DNA of 38,875 nt, taken from the NCBI GenBank assembly GCA_965644295.1, contig CBFFRP010000166.1:1-38875 (forward strand). The letters are read 5' to 3'. Position numbers and translations under genes: made by a program. The notes under the pieces were generated by a model. It was given only the letters and a program-made list of their open reading frames with translations, did not search any database and had not been told where the DNA came from. The first letter of the stretch is position 1, and every line of letters starts with the position of its first letter. Shown here piece by piece: positions 21,853-34,593 of this stretch. The stretch is from Paraphysomonas bandaiensis. Lineage: Eukaryota; Protista; Chrysophyceae.

Positions 21853-24800
21853 CTATCCTGAAGCAAAAACACGGGGACGCTTGTGAAACAGCTCAATTAT
21901 CCAAAAATAGAGAGGAATTCTCATTTTCCATAAAGTAAACACACCAATAGTTGAGTACGTTGCAGCAAGGTGCTGCTTGATCTCTACCAGTTTCTCTCGA
22001 GATTGCTCTAAGCTGACAGGTATACTTGACGAGTCAGTGTACTCTTTCATGTGATCTTCAATATTACATATCCCAGCTTCAGTTATAAATATTAAAGACA
22101 TGATATCCTTTTTATTTGCGTAAAAACGCAACGAGTTCTTCACAAATGATACGCCTTCGCTAAATCTGCATGTGTTCAGACAAAGTAGTGCAGCCCGCGA
22201 GGAGAAGTGCCAGGCTTTAGCGCGTTCCCGGCCCGAGCACATTGAATAGTGGTAACTCAAGCTCAGAGTATACGTGTTCAATTCATTCGAATACACTGTT
22301 TCAATGCTCTCAGCTATGAGTAAATGAGTGGAAGCAGCATCACTAGAGTATTACAAGGTTAACCGTGTACACAATATTTACGCAACACACAACATGATAC
22401 CTTGGGGGAATTAAACTGTAAACAAACTGTCGGATCAGAGGAGATTGGAAGCTGTAAACACCATCCGTTAATCGGTATATCATACCACCATCAAGAAGAG
22501 ACAAGAGTAGATCATCCAATTCTTCTACAAGAAAAGGCGCAAGAATGCAGGTTAATATATCAACAGAGAACTCCTCTCCAATGACACTTGCACACTTAAT
22601 CACACTTTTTTCTGCATCTGTAAACTTGTCTAACATACAGCCGAGAAGAACCCCGTAGTCAAACTTGACAATTCGCTTATCAGAATTCTTAATGAATTTA
22701 ATAATTTTCCAGCACCAAAAAGGAATCCCGCGAGATATGCGATAAACAGATTTTAGTATATCGTCGCATTCCGCACTGTCTCCAAGAGATGTAATAAGAA
22801 GCTTGCGAACACTGCTGATGTTGAGGGGACGTAAGTCTAAGTCAGAGAATGATACAGGCGATACACTAGCAACAAGGTCTTCGTACTCCAACTGATGGCT
22901 GTATATTGTACCTTCACTTCGCATGCCACTGTCTGACATGTGCCGGTGCAGTGATGAACGAACGTGCTTTGATGCCGACTTATCTATACAACCCATAGTG
23001 TTACAGTCATCACTAGTAGTAGCAAAATCGTTCGAATTTTTTCTCATTCCTGGGGCGACATCATCCACTCGCAACGTAAGGACAACCACCGAGCGGCATT
23101 CCAAACTTGCTAGCTTTGTAAGTTCTGCCCATGATTCCGAACACATAAAATGGGCATTATCGATCACAATGATAGTAGCATTTTCCTTTAGAAGTTGAGC
23201 TAAAACTCGTGCAATCGTATAGTTCTCTTTCATACATATATCAGCAGCCGTGACTTCGTTCTTAACGCTCATAGACCACTGCAACCGCAGGACCCGCTTA
23301 ACATACGGAAATCGTTGCGCTGCTAGAATTAGAAGATCTTCATGAGGAAAGCAGCGTTGCAGCAATGGGATTATCATATTTCGCTGACTCTGCTCACAGA
23401 TAAACTTCCCCTGTCCCCCGGCTAAGCCGATCACGAGTCGCCTAATCACATTGTAGGGAATAGCGTCATCACTGCTCAGAACTTTCATGTAATGCACAGA
23501 GCATCCCATTTTCCGGCACCTCCTACTTAGGTGGGTCGCAATCGCAGTCTTACCACAACCTGGGGATCCCTTGATACAAAAAAAGTGAGGACGACCACAG
23601 TTTACTAGTGGGTTTACGTCATCGTAGTCTGTCGTGCCATCTAAGCGGTCCTCTGAGAGGGAGCTTAGAAAAGAGTACACACGAGAAAACGATCGGTATA
23701 TATACCGCTCGATAACTATACTAGAATCACTTGGCGTATCTCGCGGTACAAACGGAGGGGGCTCATCAGATGTATAGGCTAGGCAACGACAAGGCTGTGC
23801 AAACCCCTTGAGTTGCATTGCCGGTAATGCCGTCAGATTAGCAGACACCTCCAGTGGAAGATGGTCGAAAGTCTCCATATCTAAAAGAATCCGACCATTA
23901 GCTTTACCCATAAGTCGAGCGGCAAGATTAACAGTGCTTCCAATTGCAACATAATCTTGACGGTCATGAGAGCCTACCGTTCCGCAGTAGATAACCCCTG
24001 TGGCGATACCAATGGAGACGGTATGCCCAATTGTTTTGGCGCGTTGGGACATAGATACAGCGCAGATAAGAGACCTAGAGCAGTTGTTTGAGTAGTACGC
24101 GGTCGGTACACCCCAAAGAGCAATCAGAACACAACCCTTATCGTCTACCAAAAATTGCCTCATAAAACCACCAGCTTCCACAAGACATTCTTGCATCACA
24201 GTGTAAAAGGACTGCAGTGTGGAGATATCTTGGGTACAGGAAAAAGAGTAGTTATCAAATCGAATAAAGGCAGTGGTGACAGTTCGGAGTTCAGACAGAC
24301 CCCTCAGCAAGTCGGTAGATATCGCCTCCAGCACAGGACGCGGAATAAACCGCACAACATCGGGTCCAACTCTCTCCTGCATGGTTTGTCCCATCCACCG
24401 ACACGCAGTTGATGACCCACTTGCCCGACTTTGACACCACAAAGTGTCACTCGACTCCAGAACCTTGTAATTTCCTGATTCCAGAACCACGAGTAAGACT
24501 GTGTCGTCATTGAGGTTCAAATAGGCAGACTCGGACAATACCACGTCTCCTGCGGTGGCATCCCCGAGACATCGACTCAACCCTCTCAAACATCGTCCGT
24601 TCAATACATAGGTCCAACTCCCACTAAACCCGCCAACAGTAGATACAAAAAGCTCTCCAAAAGTAATAGCAGTGTGCGTATGGAGCCCACCAGGTTTAGT
24701 ATTGCAATGTTGATTGACCCGGTGAGCACACGCGAGGGCAGCTCGACAAGGACCCATATCTACAGGATCAGATACGGGGCTGTTCCACTCTCTGAATATG

Positions 24801-25305
24801 CATATCAATGCATCACCCGCAAAAGAAAACACTATAACAAAATATCATTTTTAGTATATCTATCTTCATGTGACCTACCATCACCACCGAAGGACCTAAT
24901 GATCGTAACGAAGCTACCAAAATATGAGTCAATTGCTCTCCTGAGCTCGTCCAGGCCCTCGGCGCCCCGTCCACAAAGTTCGGCAGACAACCGAGTAAAT
25001 CCCGTTAAATCAATGACCATGCAAGCTCCAAAAAAAGAAAATGTAATCGGCTTGAGTTCTGTAGATTTAGTCTCATTTTGGAGCATGGAGTGGACCACAT
25101 CTGGGCAGAAAGTGCGGTACATGTTGACATGTTTGGAAGAGTATTGCAGCAAGCTGTCCTTCTTCTTACGAAGCTTGTACGAAAGAGACTTATCAGCAGT
25201 AAGATTAGTAGCAAATATACTCGGAATTATGCCTCCTGCATAATGGCTGCACTCGTCGTTGTGAGTGCTGCTGGTGGGTCTCTGATACTTCATGGAACAA
25301 CCCAC
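21853..25305 (-). CDS. Soluble adenylyl cyclase (ADCY10-like): two class III cyclase domains plus STAND P-loop NTPase; introns 24832-24878 and 22343-22400; start uncertain (possibly 25405)
   Basis: IDLTGFTRLS, spliced GGDVFSFAGDA, FLVDDKG...WGVP, VNLAARLM, Walker A GSPGCGKT, Walker B IVIDNAH, GIPFW and ASVIGEEF. Confidence 0.88.
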
Positions 25306-26004
25306 ATGCAGCTACAATGAATAGTACATATACGAGACAGTGTATATACTCTCTAAAGTGCTGATCGTTTATCTCTATATGCATCTCGTCTACTATCTTG
25401 TTCATTCTCTGGTTGTGGTTGGTGCCCTAGGTGTTGTTAACGGACAGCACGTCACGGGCACAGCTACAGTGATAATATCATGGAATGAACTGATCAATAA
25501 CAACTTTGCATAGTAGTACAATAAAGAAGCACTCTTAGCATCCACATATGCAAGATTTGTTCAATTGGTTCACCAGTATATGCATCAGCACTCTACATTA
25601 ACGCACATCCAGAGCATATACATATATATACACACATGTAGTTCACTCCAAGCCTCTCCATCCCATATATGGGATCAATGGAACACAATCTCATTTCAGT
25701 TTGTGTCCTTTGAAGATCATTGTAGATATTTTGAATTGCTTTCCAACTCTGAACTGCCATATAAAAAAAATCATCTAGATGTCAGATTTCTAGGTGCCAA
25801 ATACCATATAGATTATTACGTAGGACAATCTTGCTGTTGTATTATGGTAGTTAGGGTAGAGGCGTGTAGTTGTACGTGTGGGTTGTTCAGTCGTGAGTTC
25901 GAGTAATCGTTTAACAACTCAAAGCACACACATTACATTGCACCTATTTGTCATTCATCCATTACTTGGCAAGTTTAAATAATTGCTGAGTGCTTTATAT
26001 TAAT

Positions 26005-26733
26005 ATGGTGCGCATTTACACTCATATTGACGATATATCTTACTCTATTTCTTGTCGTTTAGGCAACTAAAACTGGAAGGGCGGGTGGAACGAAAAGAGC
26101 GGCTAAAACATACGAGAGGCCTGGTTTGAGTGAAGAAGAAATCGAAGAGATTAGAGAAGCGTTTAACTTATTCGATACAGATGGATCTGGTACTGTTGTT
26201 ATATGTAAAACTACGAATGGAGTTATCTATATATGTGTCATGTATTAGGTACAATTGATCCTAAAGAACTCAAGGCTGCGATGCAGTCGCTTGGATTTGA
26301 AGCCAAGAATCAAACGATATATCAGATGATAGCAGATATAGACAAAGATGGCGATGGAAGTATTGATTTTGAGGAATTTTTGGATATGATGACTGCCAAA
26401 ATGGTCCGTTTGTTATGCTAAACCAAACTATAAATTTAACCCGATTTGCACGCAGAGTGACAAAGACACTCGTGAAGACATTCAGAAGGTCTTCAACCTG
26501 TTTGATGACGATCAAACAGGAAAAATATCTTTGAGGAATTTGAAGCGAGTTGCGAAGGAGTTGGGAGAAACTATGAGCGGTATGTGTGGTGTGCTCATCT
26601 ATTTGTAAATTTGATAATAAACTGTTTAGACGCGGAGCTGTTGGAAATGATCGAACGCGCTGATACTGATTCTGATGGGGAGATTAGTCCGGACGAATTT
26701 TATGCAATAATGACAAAGAAGACATTCACATAA
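26005..26733 (+). CDS. CETN: Centrin (EF-hand), ~170 aa, exons 26005-26007, 26063-26189, 26249-26403, 26456-26579, 26630-26733
   Basis: [44 protein letters not shown]...[17 protein letters not shown]...MTKKTF; all four introns are GT-AG and in frame. Confidence 0.97.
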
Positions 26734-27225
26734 CTGAGCTGTGATTATTTCTTCCTTGAAAATCGTAGTGTGTCGGAGAGGATGGCGTTAATGTAAGTGT
26801 GATGCAAGTATGTCTTCATATTGATAAGGACCATGGCGATATATCTCCACCAATCTGTTTACGTATTAATAATTATATATTTCACAATCGTTCCATCTTC
26901 TGTAAATGGACTGTATTTTGTTTCGTTAGTTATTCTTTTCGGCGGCTCGAGAAATTACGATCACGGTACTAAGAGCAAAATATTATTTATACTTACACAG
27001 ATGATATTATGTAACTTTAGTGCAGTTTTACTTGTTACTTATTAGTGTAGTAAGTTCCACCGTAGAACACATGATAAAAGCGGAACACATGTTGCATGAA
27101 CAAGGCAGAATTTTGATTAGAATTCCTATTACTGTTCAAATTCAACAACAAAATAAATTCATATTTACTTAAGATGGGATCACTTGTAGCCAGGGCTGCG
27201 TAATGATAAATTGTCAGCTATCAGC

Positions 27226-28010
27226 TATTGAAATTGCAACACTTGAAATTGAGACACCAAGTAAAAATAGTATTAGGATTCAGCTTAATACATGACACTA
27301 TCTGTGAGTTATAGTGTTCAATGAAATATATCATGAACTGAATTAGAGAGAGTATCTGTTGAAGATGCATGATCGTCATCATAACGTCGTCATTATCAGT
27401 TACACTTCTAACTATTCCGTTGTGCATGATAGTATGTTTTATATTTTATATTGTTATTCATAATTCTCACTTCACTGTATTCATTACTTTACACTCTAAT
27501 AATCACAACATTGTTTTACTATTATAAAGATCAATTCTTTATTTGGTAGCGAGTGATATTTAAAGTTACAAGTTACGACTCCACCGACTCGGATTCGACA
27601 ACCGACAAGCGAAAAGACTCAATGCCGAAATTCGATGCGAAGAACTTCTCCAGGTGGGAGAAGAAGTGCCGCGCATGGTTCTATCGCAAGCCTAAGATCG
27701 TTTATACTCTACGAAACGATCACCCAATTGAGCCTGAAGCAGGAGAAAACTCAGATGACGAGGACTACCAGTATCGACTCGAACAGTATCAGGATGCGAA
27801 ATGATATTATGATGAAGGTAATAACTACCTATGGTCAGTCATTTCGAGCTCTATCATTGGTCAGAATGAAGAGGCTGAAGGGATTTTGGAGAACGTCCCC
27901 GATGGAGACGGTAAAACCGCCTGGACCGACTTGTTGAACCACTTCAAGGAAAAAACGACTAACGATGTAATCACCGATCTGATTGGACAATTCCAGAGCA
28001 TAAAAATCAA
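27226..28010 (+). mobile_element. Second Copia-like 5' fragment: putative LTR (~27226-27543), PBS-like TGGTAGCGAG at 27544, gag pseudogene
   Basis: MPKFDAKNFSRW (Copia gag N-terminal motif) from 27622, an in-frame TGA at 27802, then DGKTAWTDLLNHF. Confidence 0.65.
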
Positions 28011-28159
28011 CTGAGTCGAGTACTTTGATTTTTATGCTCTGGAATTGTCCAATCAGATCGGTGATTACATCGTTAGTCGTTTTTTCCTTGAAGTGGTTCA
28101 ACAAGTCGGTCCAGGCGGTTTTACCGTCTCCATCGGGGACGTTCTCCAATATCCCTTCA
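27876..28159. repeat. Fold-back inverted repeat, 135-bp arms, 14-nt loop
   Basis: 27876-28010 is the reverse complement of 28025-28159 with one mismatch. Confidence 0.97.
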
Positions 28160-28830
28160 AATAGCAATATAGAATTATAGTATTATGTATTATAGTAGAC
28201 TTCAACCTTCTTCAATTAATTAAAATTTGATAATTTGTTTATGGCATTCACTTTGCCAAGTCCAAATTGTTTTAATGTTTTAATTTAATTCTTTTAAGAT
28301 TCGGGTTGCCTGAAATTATACTGCTTCAGAGTGCGAGTGAGTCCCTTGAAGACATTCCTATGTAACATAAACAAAAGATGCTCCAAGTGATTTTAATTTA
28401 AAAGACAGATCAGACAAAAAATGCAAGTAGTTGTACGAAGTGTATGCCATGTATATGTATCTCGTGACTATGTCATATCGATTGCTGATGTGAATGGCTC
28501 TCAGGCTTATAACATGCAAGCATCTGCTTCTTCTGAAACATGGAAGTTTGATTGTGAGCAAGATGTGCCATCGTTATGTTGAGGTTGCTAAAATAAACAG
28601 CTAGAGATTCATTCTTTAGCTTCGTGTTGTCTCATCTCTGAGTGGAGTGCATTGATACAGACATGCTCTATGTGGACTAGATATGGCTGTGTACTGTACG
28701 CCGTATGTACAGCAGCTGTATACCGGTATACTGTGTACAAGCACACCTCCACCAAAATAAATACGTTCGTAGTTTCCGTACAATAATATCCTCCCTCTAC
28801 AAACCATACAAATAAGACGTAAAAAAAACA

Positions 28831-28902
28831 AGCCTCCTGAGGGGATTGAACCCTCGACCTTTCGCTTACGAAGCGAATGCTCTACCACTAAGCTAAAGAG
28901 GC
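28831..28902 (-). tRNA. trnT-CGT: tRNA-Thr(CGT), intronless
   Basis: GCCTCTTTAGCTTAGTGGTAGAGCATTCGCTT-CGT-AAGCGAAAGGTCGAGGGTTCAATCCCCTCAGGAGGCT forms a full cloverleaf, followed by an oligo-T Pol III terminator (A8 at 28821-28828 on +). Confidence 0.97.
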
Positions 28903-29231
28903 CCACAGCCATCACAAAGACAACCGTCGATATGGCTGTTCGAATTTAGGCAATATAAATGAATGAAAGATCAAAGGTTGATTTATCATATAATTAGCAT
29001 GTGTAAACAGTGCGTATATTATAGTAGATGGATGTACTGCTGTATTATATGTGCTCGTTGTTGTATTGTGTGTAGTTAGTATTGTCGACAGTTGCTACCA
29101 ATATACACACATACACTTACACTCCCTGCATGCAGCATATACTTCCACCTTCAGAGAAGCATAATATATTAAACATGACTTTATTTTGATAGACTCATTC
29201 CATGTAGACCTCTGAGTATACTGATCCCCCG

Positions 29232-30994
29232 ATGTACTCGCAACTATTCGGTGACCCATATGACGGGTCCAATGAAGGTATGTGTACATCCATCTCCTCA
29301 CACTTACCATCAACTCCTCTGACATGTTTATGCATTACAGCCAATATTTTTTCTGCTTTAGAGTTTAATAGTGAGGGGAATTTATTAGCTAGCGGTGATC
29401 ATGGCGGCTCTGTAGTTATATACAAGTGTAGGGAGGATACACCGCAGAAGGTGAGAGAGTTCAGTTCTATCAGAGTGATATGCTTTAAACTATTAATCAG
29501 GCATCTGTCGGTGATGTTAATGGAGAAGAAAATAAACACAAGTGGGAAGTTTATCATCAATTTCAAAGCCATGAACAGGAGTTCGATTATCTGAAGAGCT
29601 TAGAGATCGAAGAAAAGATTAATCACATTCAGTGGGCTAAACCAGTGGGGGGGAACTCTTTTTTATATACGACGAATGGTATGTAGGGTCAATAATGATG
29701 CCTCTAGTTGTAGTTATTTTTTGTTCCAGATAAAACTATAAAATTATGGAAGGTCGGGCGCCGAATGCAGCGGACTCAAACTGCGTCATATTCTTCCATT
29801 CGTGATGGCGTATTGTCACTGAATCGGGAGGGGACGCCAGTATCCTCCATAGCAGCCATGCCAAAGCGATCGTATTGCAATGCGCATGCGTATCACATAA
29901 ATTCTGTCAGCTGCAATAGTGACGGTGAAACCTTCCTCAGTGCAGACGATCTACGGATAAACTGGTGGAATTCTGAAATAAACACCTCAAGTTTCAGTAA
30001 GATTATGTCTGTGTATACGATACCCTTTCTAATCGCGGTTGTGCTATAGATATCGTCGATATAAAGCCCCCAAACATGGAGGAGCTCACTGAAGTTATCA
30101 CATCTGCGCAGTTCCACCCCGAGCACTGCAACATTGTAATGTACAGCTCCTCCCGGGGGTCCATCAAGCTCGGGGACACCCGCCGGTCTGCCCTCTGCGA
30201 CGTATCCGCAAAAGTCTTCGAGGTACCATTAGCTTGAGTAAGTGTTAATTTTGGTGCTAAATTCCGCTTAGGAACCTGAGGACGCTGCATCAAAATCATT
30301 TTTTTCTGAAATTGTAGCATCCATATCAGACGCGAGGTATGTCCGAATTCGTAGTGTTTGCGTCCTAATTTCTATGAGTGCAGTTTTGCTGGGGATGGAA
30401 GATATATCATAAGTCGAGATTATCTGACGCTTAAAGTGTGGGATACACATATGGAGACAAGGCCTGTACGGGTAGGTTGAATAAATGTAGATATCCCTAT
30501 ACTGTCTAATTACCTCTTGCGTCAGGTCATTAATATCAACGATAGCCTCAAGTCTATGCTTTGCGAATTGTACGAATCTGACTGTATATTTGACAAGTTT
30601 GAGATATCAGTTTCTCCGGATGGCCAGAGGATCCTGACTGGTAGCTACGGGTGAGTAAACCTTTTTTCCGCAGTTGACATGTTTGACCACTGTACACCCA
30701 GCAATCAATTTTCTGTATGGAATAAAGCCGGGTATGCGGAGCACTCTGTTGAGCTGCAGAGCAACGGCGGTAGTTTATTTACAACTGATGTGTCTAAGTT
30801 ACTTATATGCTTGGCAGGCCGACCGCGCACCCGAGAAGCAGCTGATGCAGAGTTCGAAAAGAAGGTAATTTTTGTGTCCCATTTCCATACAATTCCTGTC
30901 TTAAATTGACCAGGTGCTACATTGCGCTTGGAATCCTGCGAACAACACAGTCGCGCTAGCTGCCCAGGCCGCTTTGTATTTATACAAAGTATAG
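29232..30994 (+). CDS. PPP2R2: PP2A regulatory subunit B55 (WD40), multi-exon; start uncertain
   Basis: [81 protein letters not shown] and [12 protein letters not shown]; about ten short introns. Confidence 0.95.
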
Positions 30995-31943
30995 TTGTGG
31001 AATGGACGCAATGTAGACCGAAATGGATATATTTTGCTGCATTTATTGAACACGTTGGTGTTGTGCGGTTTATTTCTTACAGTTGGGCCGTGTATAGTAT
31101 TTTGTGTTCAAGTACGGATAGAAAGGATAATGTAAAGTCAATTACATCATGCATGGACAGCTGAAAATTTTCTTGATTTATTTTAACAAACCGAAATGCA
31201 CTCAATCAAGCAATTAGCCTTCTGCGTATAATATTACTATGATGAAGTTATTTCCTCCCGTAGATATAAGCTACGAGTGCATGTATTCAACCACCTAGAT
31301 GAATTCGAATCAGCCCAACATCTCTCTTCTATGGATATATGGCCTAAATGCACCACTGTATTGAACTTTCTGGCCGCATGCCCCCGAACTCAGAAATACC
31401 ACATATCAATGTTCTGAACTGTGTTGAGTTCTGCTGCATGGTACAATATTGTACAATATATGTTGCACAATAGAATTCAATGGTGTGAAATAGGCGATAT
31501 CAACTCATAGTTGTAATGAGTGAGTATAGATACAAAGAAAGTTAATTCAGCTAGTGATGTAGTATGACTATATAAGATATAAGATTGACTGGTGAACATA
31601 CGATAAACAGATGTTACTGAGAACAGATATTTACCAGATTTAAGATGTTACGAAGTGTTGAGATTAATAATTATAATTCTTTATTGAACGTACGTAATGT
31701 GCTATATGAAACAGCAAGTTTAAGGTTTACTAGTAGGGAAAGGTTAATTTCAGTTAAATGTCCAATTTTCTAACAACAATAATATGTACGCTTGTGGGAT
31801 ACTGTGACTATATCCATACATGAAGATGGTGTAGGTTTTACCTACTTCTCCTAACATTTCACGAGACCACACCAGTTCTTGCATTGCAAAGAGTCCCAGC
31901 GTATATTACGACGTCATAATGGATGTAGCAACAACAGACTTGA

Positions 31944-32034
31944 ATGCTTGCGGCTCACGTTAGTTTCCCAGAGAGAATCTCTCCGGTACTTATCCCCCAA
32001 CCACGAAAAGGTGCGAGTCCGACTTTGTTGAGGG
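31944..32034. mobile_element. Partial inverted copy (copy 3) of the structured repeat
   Basis: Reverse complement of ~10658-10752 with one small deletion, ending at the same terminus (TTGAGGG). Confidence 0.9.
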
Positions 32035-32685
32035 ATGGATCAGTTTTATATTCAGATATAGACCGATGAATTAGTATGTGTCAAGCCTAATCCTTGTTAG
32101 ACACATGCAAATCAAAAGACGTTCCACTGAGCTATATAATATATTTTATATGTGTGAAGAGGTACTGTAGCGTGTGAACAGCCAGTTTACACGTCGCATA
32201 TGTTGGCGTGCAGGAGAAACTCTAACAGAACACCAGCGGCAAAAGCAATATCGGGAGTTCGAGTATATAGCAAGACACAATAATAACACTCCTCTATTTA
32301 TACTGCAATAAGGAAAATTTCTACTCATCTCTCCTGCTTCTACATGCAGAAATATAGTGCTCGCTTATAGGTCTGGAGCATTTGTTGGAATTTACGAGGA
32401 TTGCTTTTCTATATTGTGAACAACATGTCGATGAGACTTTTTACTTTGCCTAATCCTATTACTTTTTGATCAAGTCGCAGAAACTTTTACTTTGCCTAAT
32501 CCTATTTTGAACAAGAGTTTTTCTTTCTTCTAGCATAAGCTTGAAGCCTTAGGCTGTGATGAAATATAGTTACATCGTCGTCATATATATCAGCAAAATA
32601 AGGTTGCACAGAGATTAGGGTTAGGGTTATGGTTATTAGTACGAGAGGTATCTAAAATACACGGTTTAAAATATAGTAAACGGAT

Positions 32686-33265
32686 CCCTCAATAAGGTCG
32701 AACTCTCAACGTTTTGTGGTTCTTCTGGGTAATAAGTACCGGAGATATTTCTCCGGGAAACTAACGTGAGCCGCATATATAGTCAGCAGATAATTTTCTG
32801 CCCACTCATAGCCAAATGCTGGTGTGGTACAAGTGAAAACAAAATAAGTGTCACTTGTGCAGACGTTTTTGGGCCTTGACGAATAAAGAGGCATCCGGGA
32901 ATGGGCTCACCTCAAGGGTAGCCGGGACTGGACCTACCTGAACGGCAACCGGGGTATAGGTCTGCCTGCTGAAGTCAAACATCCGGGTTGTTCACCTTAA
33001 GGACTCTAAGATCCGGACAACACGCGCCAGTGAGTCCTAGGACACACGATCAGGGTGAAACTCTCAATCAACCTTAAGGACGGAAGTGGTCGCACCTTGG
33101 TGCTTGCGGCGACGCACAAGAAGCTTCTGTAGCGCTAAATAGTAGGATAATGGAATTTGTGCTGATTAGTTATGGATAGAGGTCTAAATATTATGTCTAG
33201 CATTCAACTAGCCACTACATTGGTGCAGGTTTTCAACGTCTATTGCTAAACAATAAGACTTTCAA
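32686..33265. mobile_element. Diverged full-length copy (copy 2) of the structured repeat
   Basis: Same ends CCCTCAA...AAGACTTTCAA, colinear with copy 1, plus an internal insertion near 33005-33075. Confidence 0.88.
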
Positions 33266-33534
33266 TATATATATAAAGGTGCCAATTTACACAATCACAG
33301 ATATGCAACCTCTATCCTGATTCCCGGTGTCCAACACATTGAACTACGCATCGAACGAGTTAATGACAAGGGGCTAATCAAACCCACATAGTTGAAGATG
33401 ATATAAGAGTGTGTAAAGGGTATAAGGGTAATACGATGCTGCAAAAAATGCACAGGGAAGAATACTAAATTTTCGTGTGAGTTACTAATACTTACTAACT
33501 GTTTCAAACAATTACATGAACACGCATTAGGAAA

Positions 33535-34593
33535 TTAAAGTTCCATGGCCTCGGTACCAGATTTTACTTCTTCGAATGCACCATCTGCTGTTAGACTGGC
33601 TTTTCCCTCAGCATCAGCAGTGCGCCTGTTTATAGTCATCACAACATAAGCGAGAATATATACTGAGTCTACTTACACAAGCTCTTCGGGAACCGCGCCA
33701 TACTTCCAGGCAGTCTCTTCGCAGATCCAGCCCATTTCCAGCTCAAATGGCTTGTCCTTGCTCGGATCACGGACTACATGCATACTAATACTAATAATTA
33801 GCGGTAAGAAAATAAGGAATAAACGAGGCCTACATTCTCGCCAACTCCTTGACCGCCTCCCTGCAAGTTATTTCTGTCCCGCTGGAACCTGCCCTGTACA
33901 AAACTTTCTCAACTTCAGTCTTTGCTGCTTGTGCCCCTTTCCCTGCGGCACACCCGAAGTATTTGAAACAGTTTCCTGATGGTTCCACCATATACAATGA
34001 ATGCGTCTTTACGTCCTCGTCGTAGGCAGCAAACATAGCAGCTGTCCCGAAAGGGCGGAGAGAACCGTGGGTAGTGAAATAGTGCACATACAGAGCGAGG
34101 CGGTTCGCCAAAACAGAAGGTACTATGGCATGTCCGTAGGTCTCCTTGTAACTCCGAGCCTCGTCACGGGCGCGGTTCACTATTTGCCTCCCGTCAGCAA
34201 CATATCCAGTTACAACCATACCAGCATGGGCGGCAACACCAAATACACGGCGATTAGACCCAGGAACTAACATTTTCGAGACTATCGGCTACAATATGAA
34301 TATAAAATATCACAATGATATGACTGTAGCTATATATGTACCTTCTCAACTGCCATAACGACACCATCTGCACACCTTATGCCTATAGCCGTACTGACAG
34401 CACCATCAGACACACCGTCACTAACCGCACTCAGACATACCCGCTATTCTCTACAGCTTTAGTTGCATACTCGACTTGAAATATTCGCCCATCTGGTGAG
34501 AATGTTCCGCATGAATAATCGTACTGGCTCATGATTAGATGGACTGTGAGATGAAATGAAGATGGGACTTACCCCAGCGCCAGTTGAACTCAT
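33535..34593 (-). CDS. PSMA3: 20S proteasome subunit alpha type-3 (alpha-7), multi-exon
   Basis: [53 protein letters not shown] and KPFELEMGW. Confidence 0.96.

Noticed and set aside
27800-27810. UGA reassignment or readthrough in the second Copia gag
   Set aside because: The context is not CARYYA, a CGA-to-TGA mutation explains it, and a host gene (TBC/TLDc) terminates at TGA.
27835-28167. 110-aa minus-strand ORF as an independent gene
   Set aside because: It is a by-product of the gag fold-back duplication.
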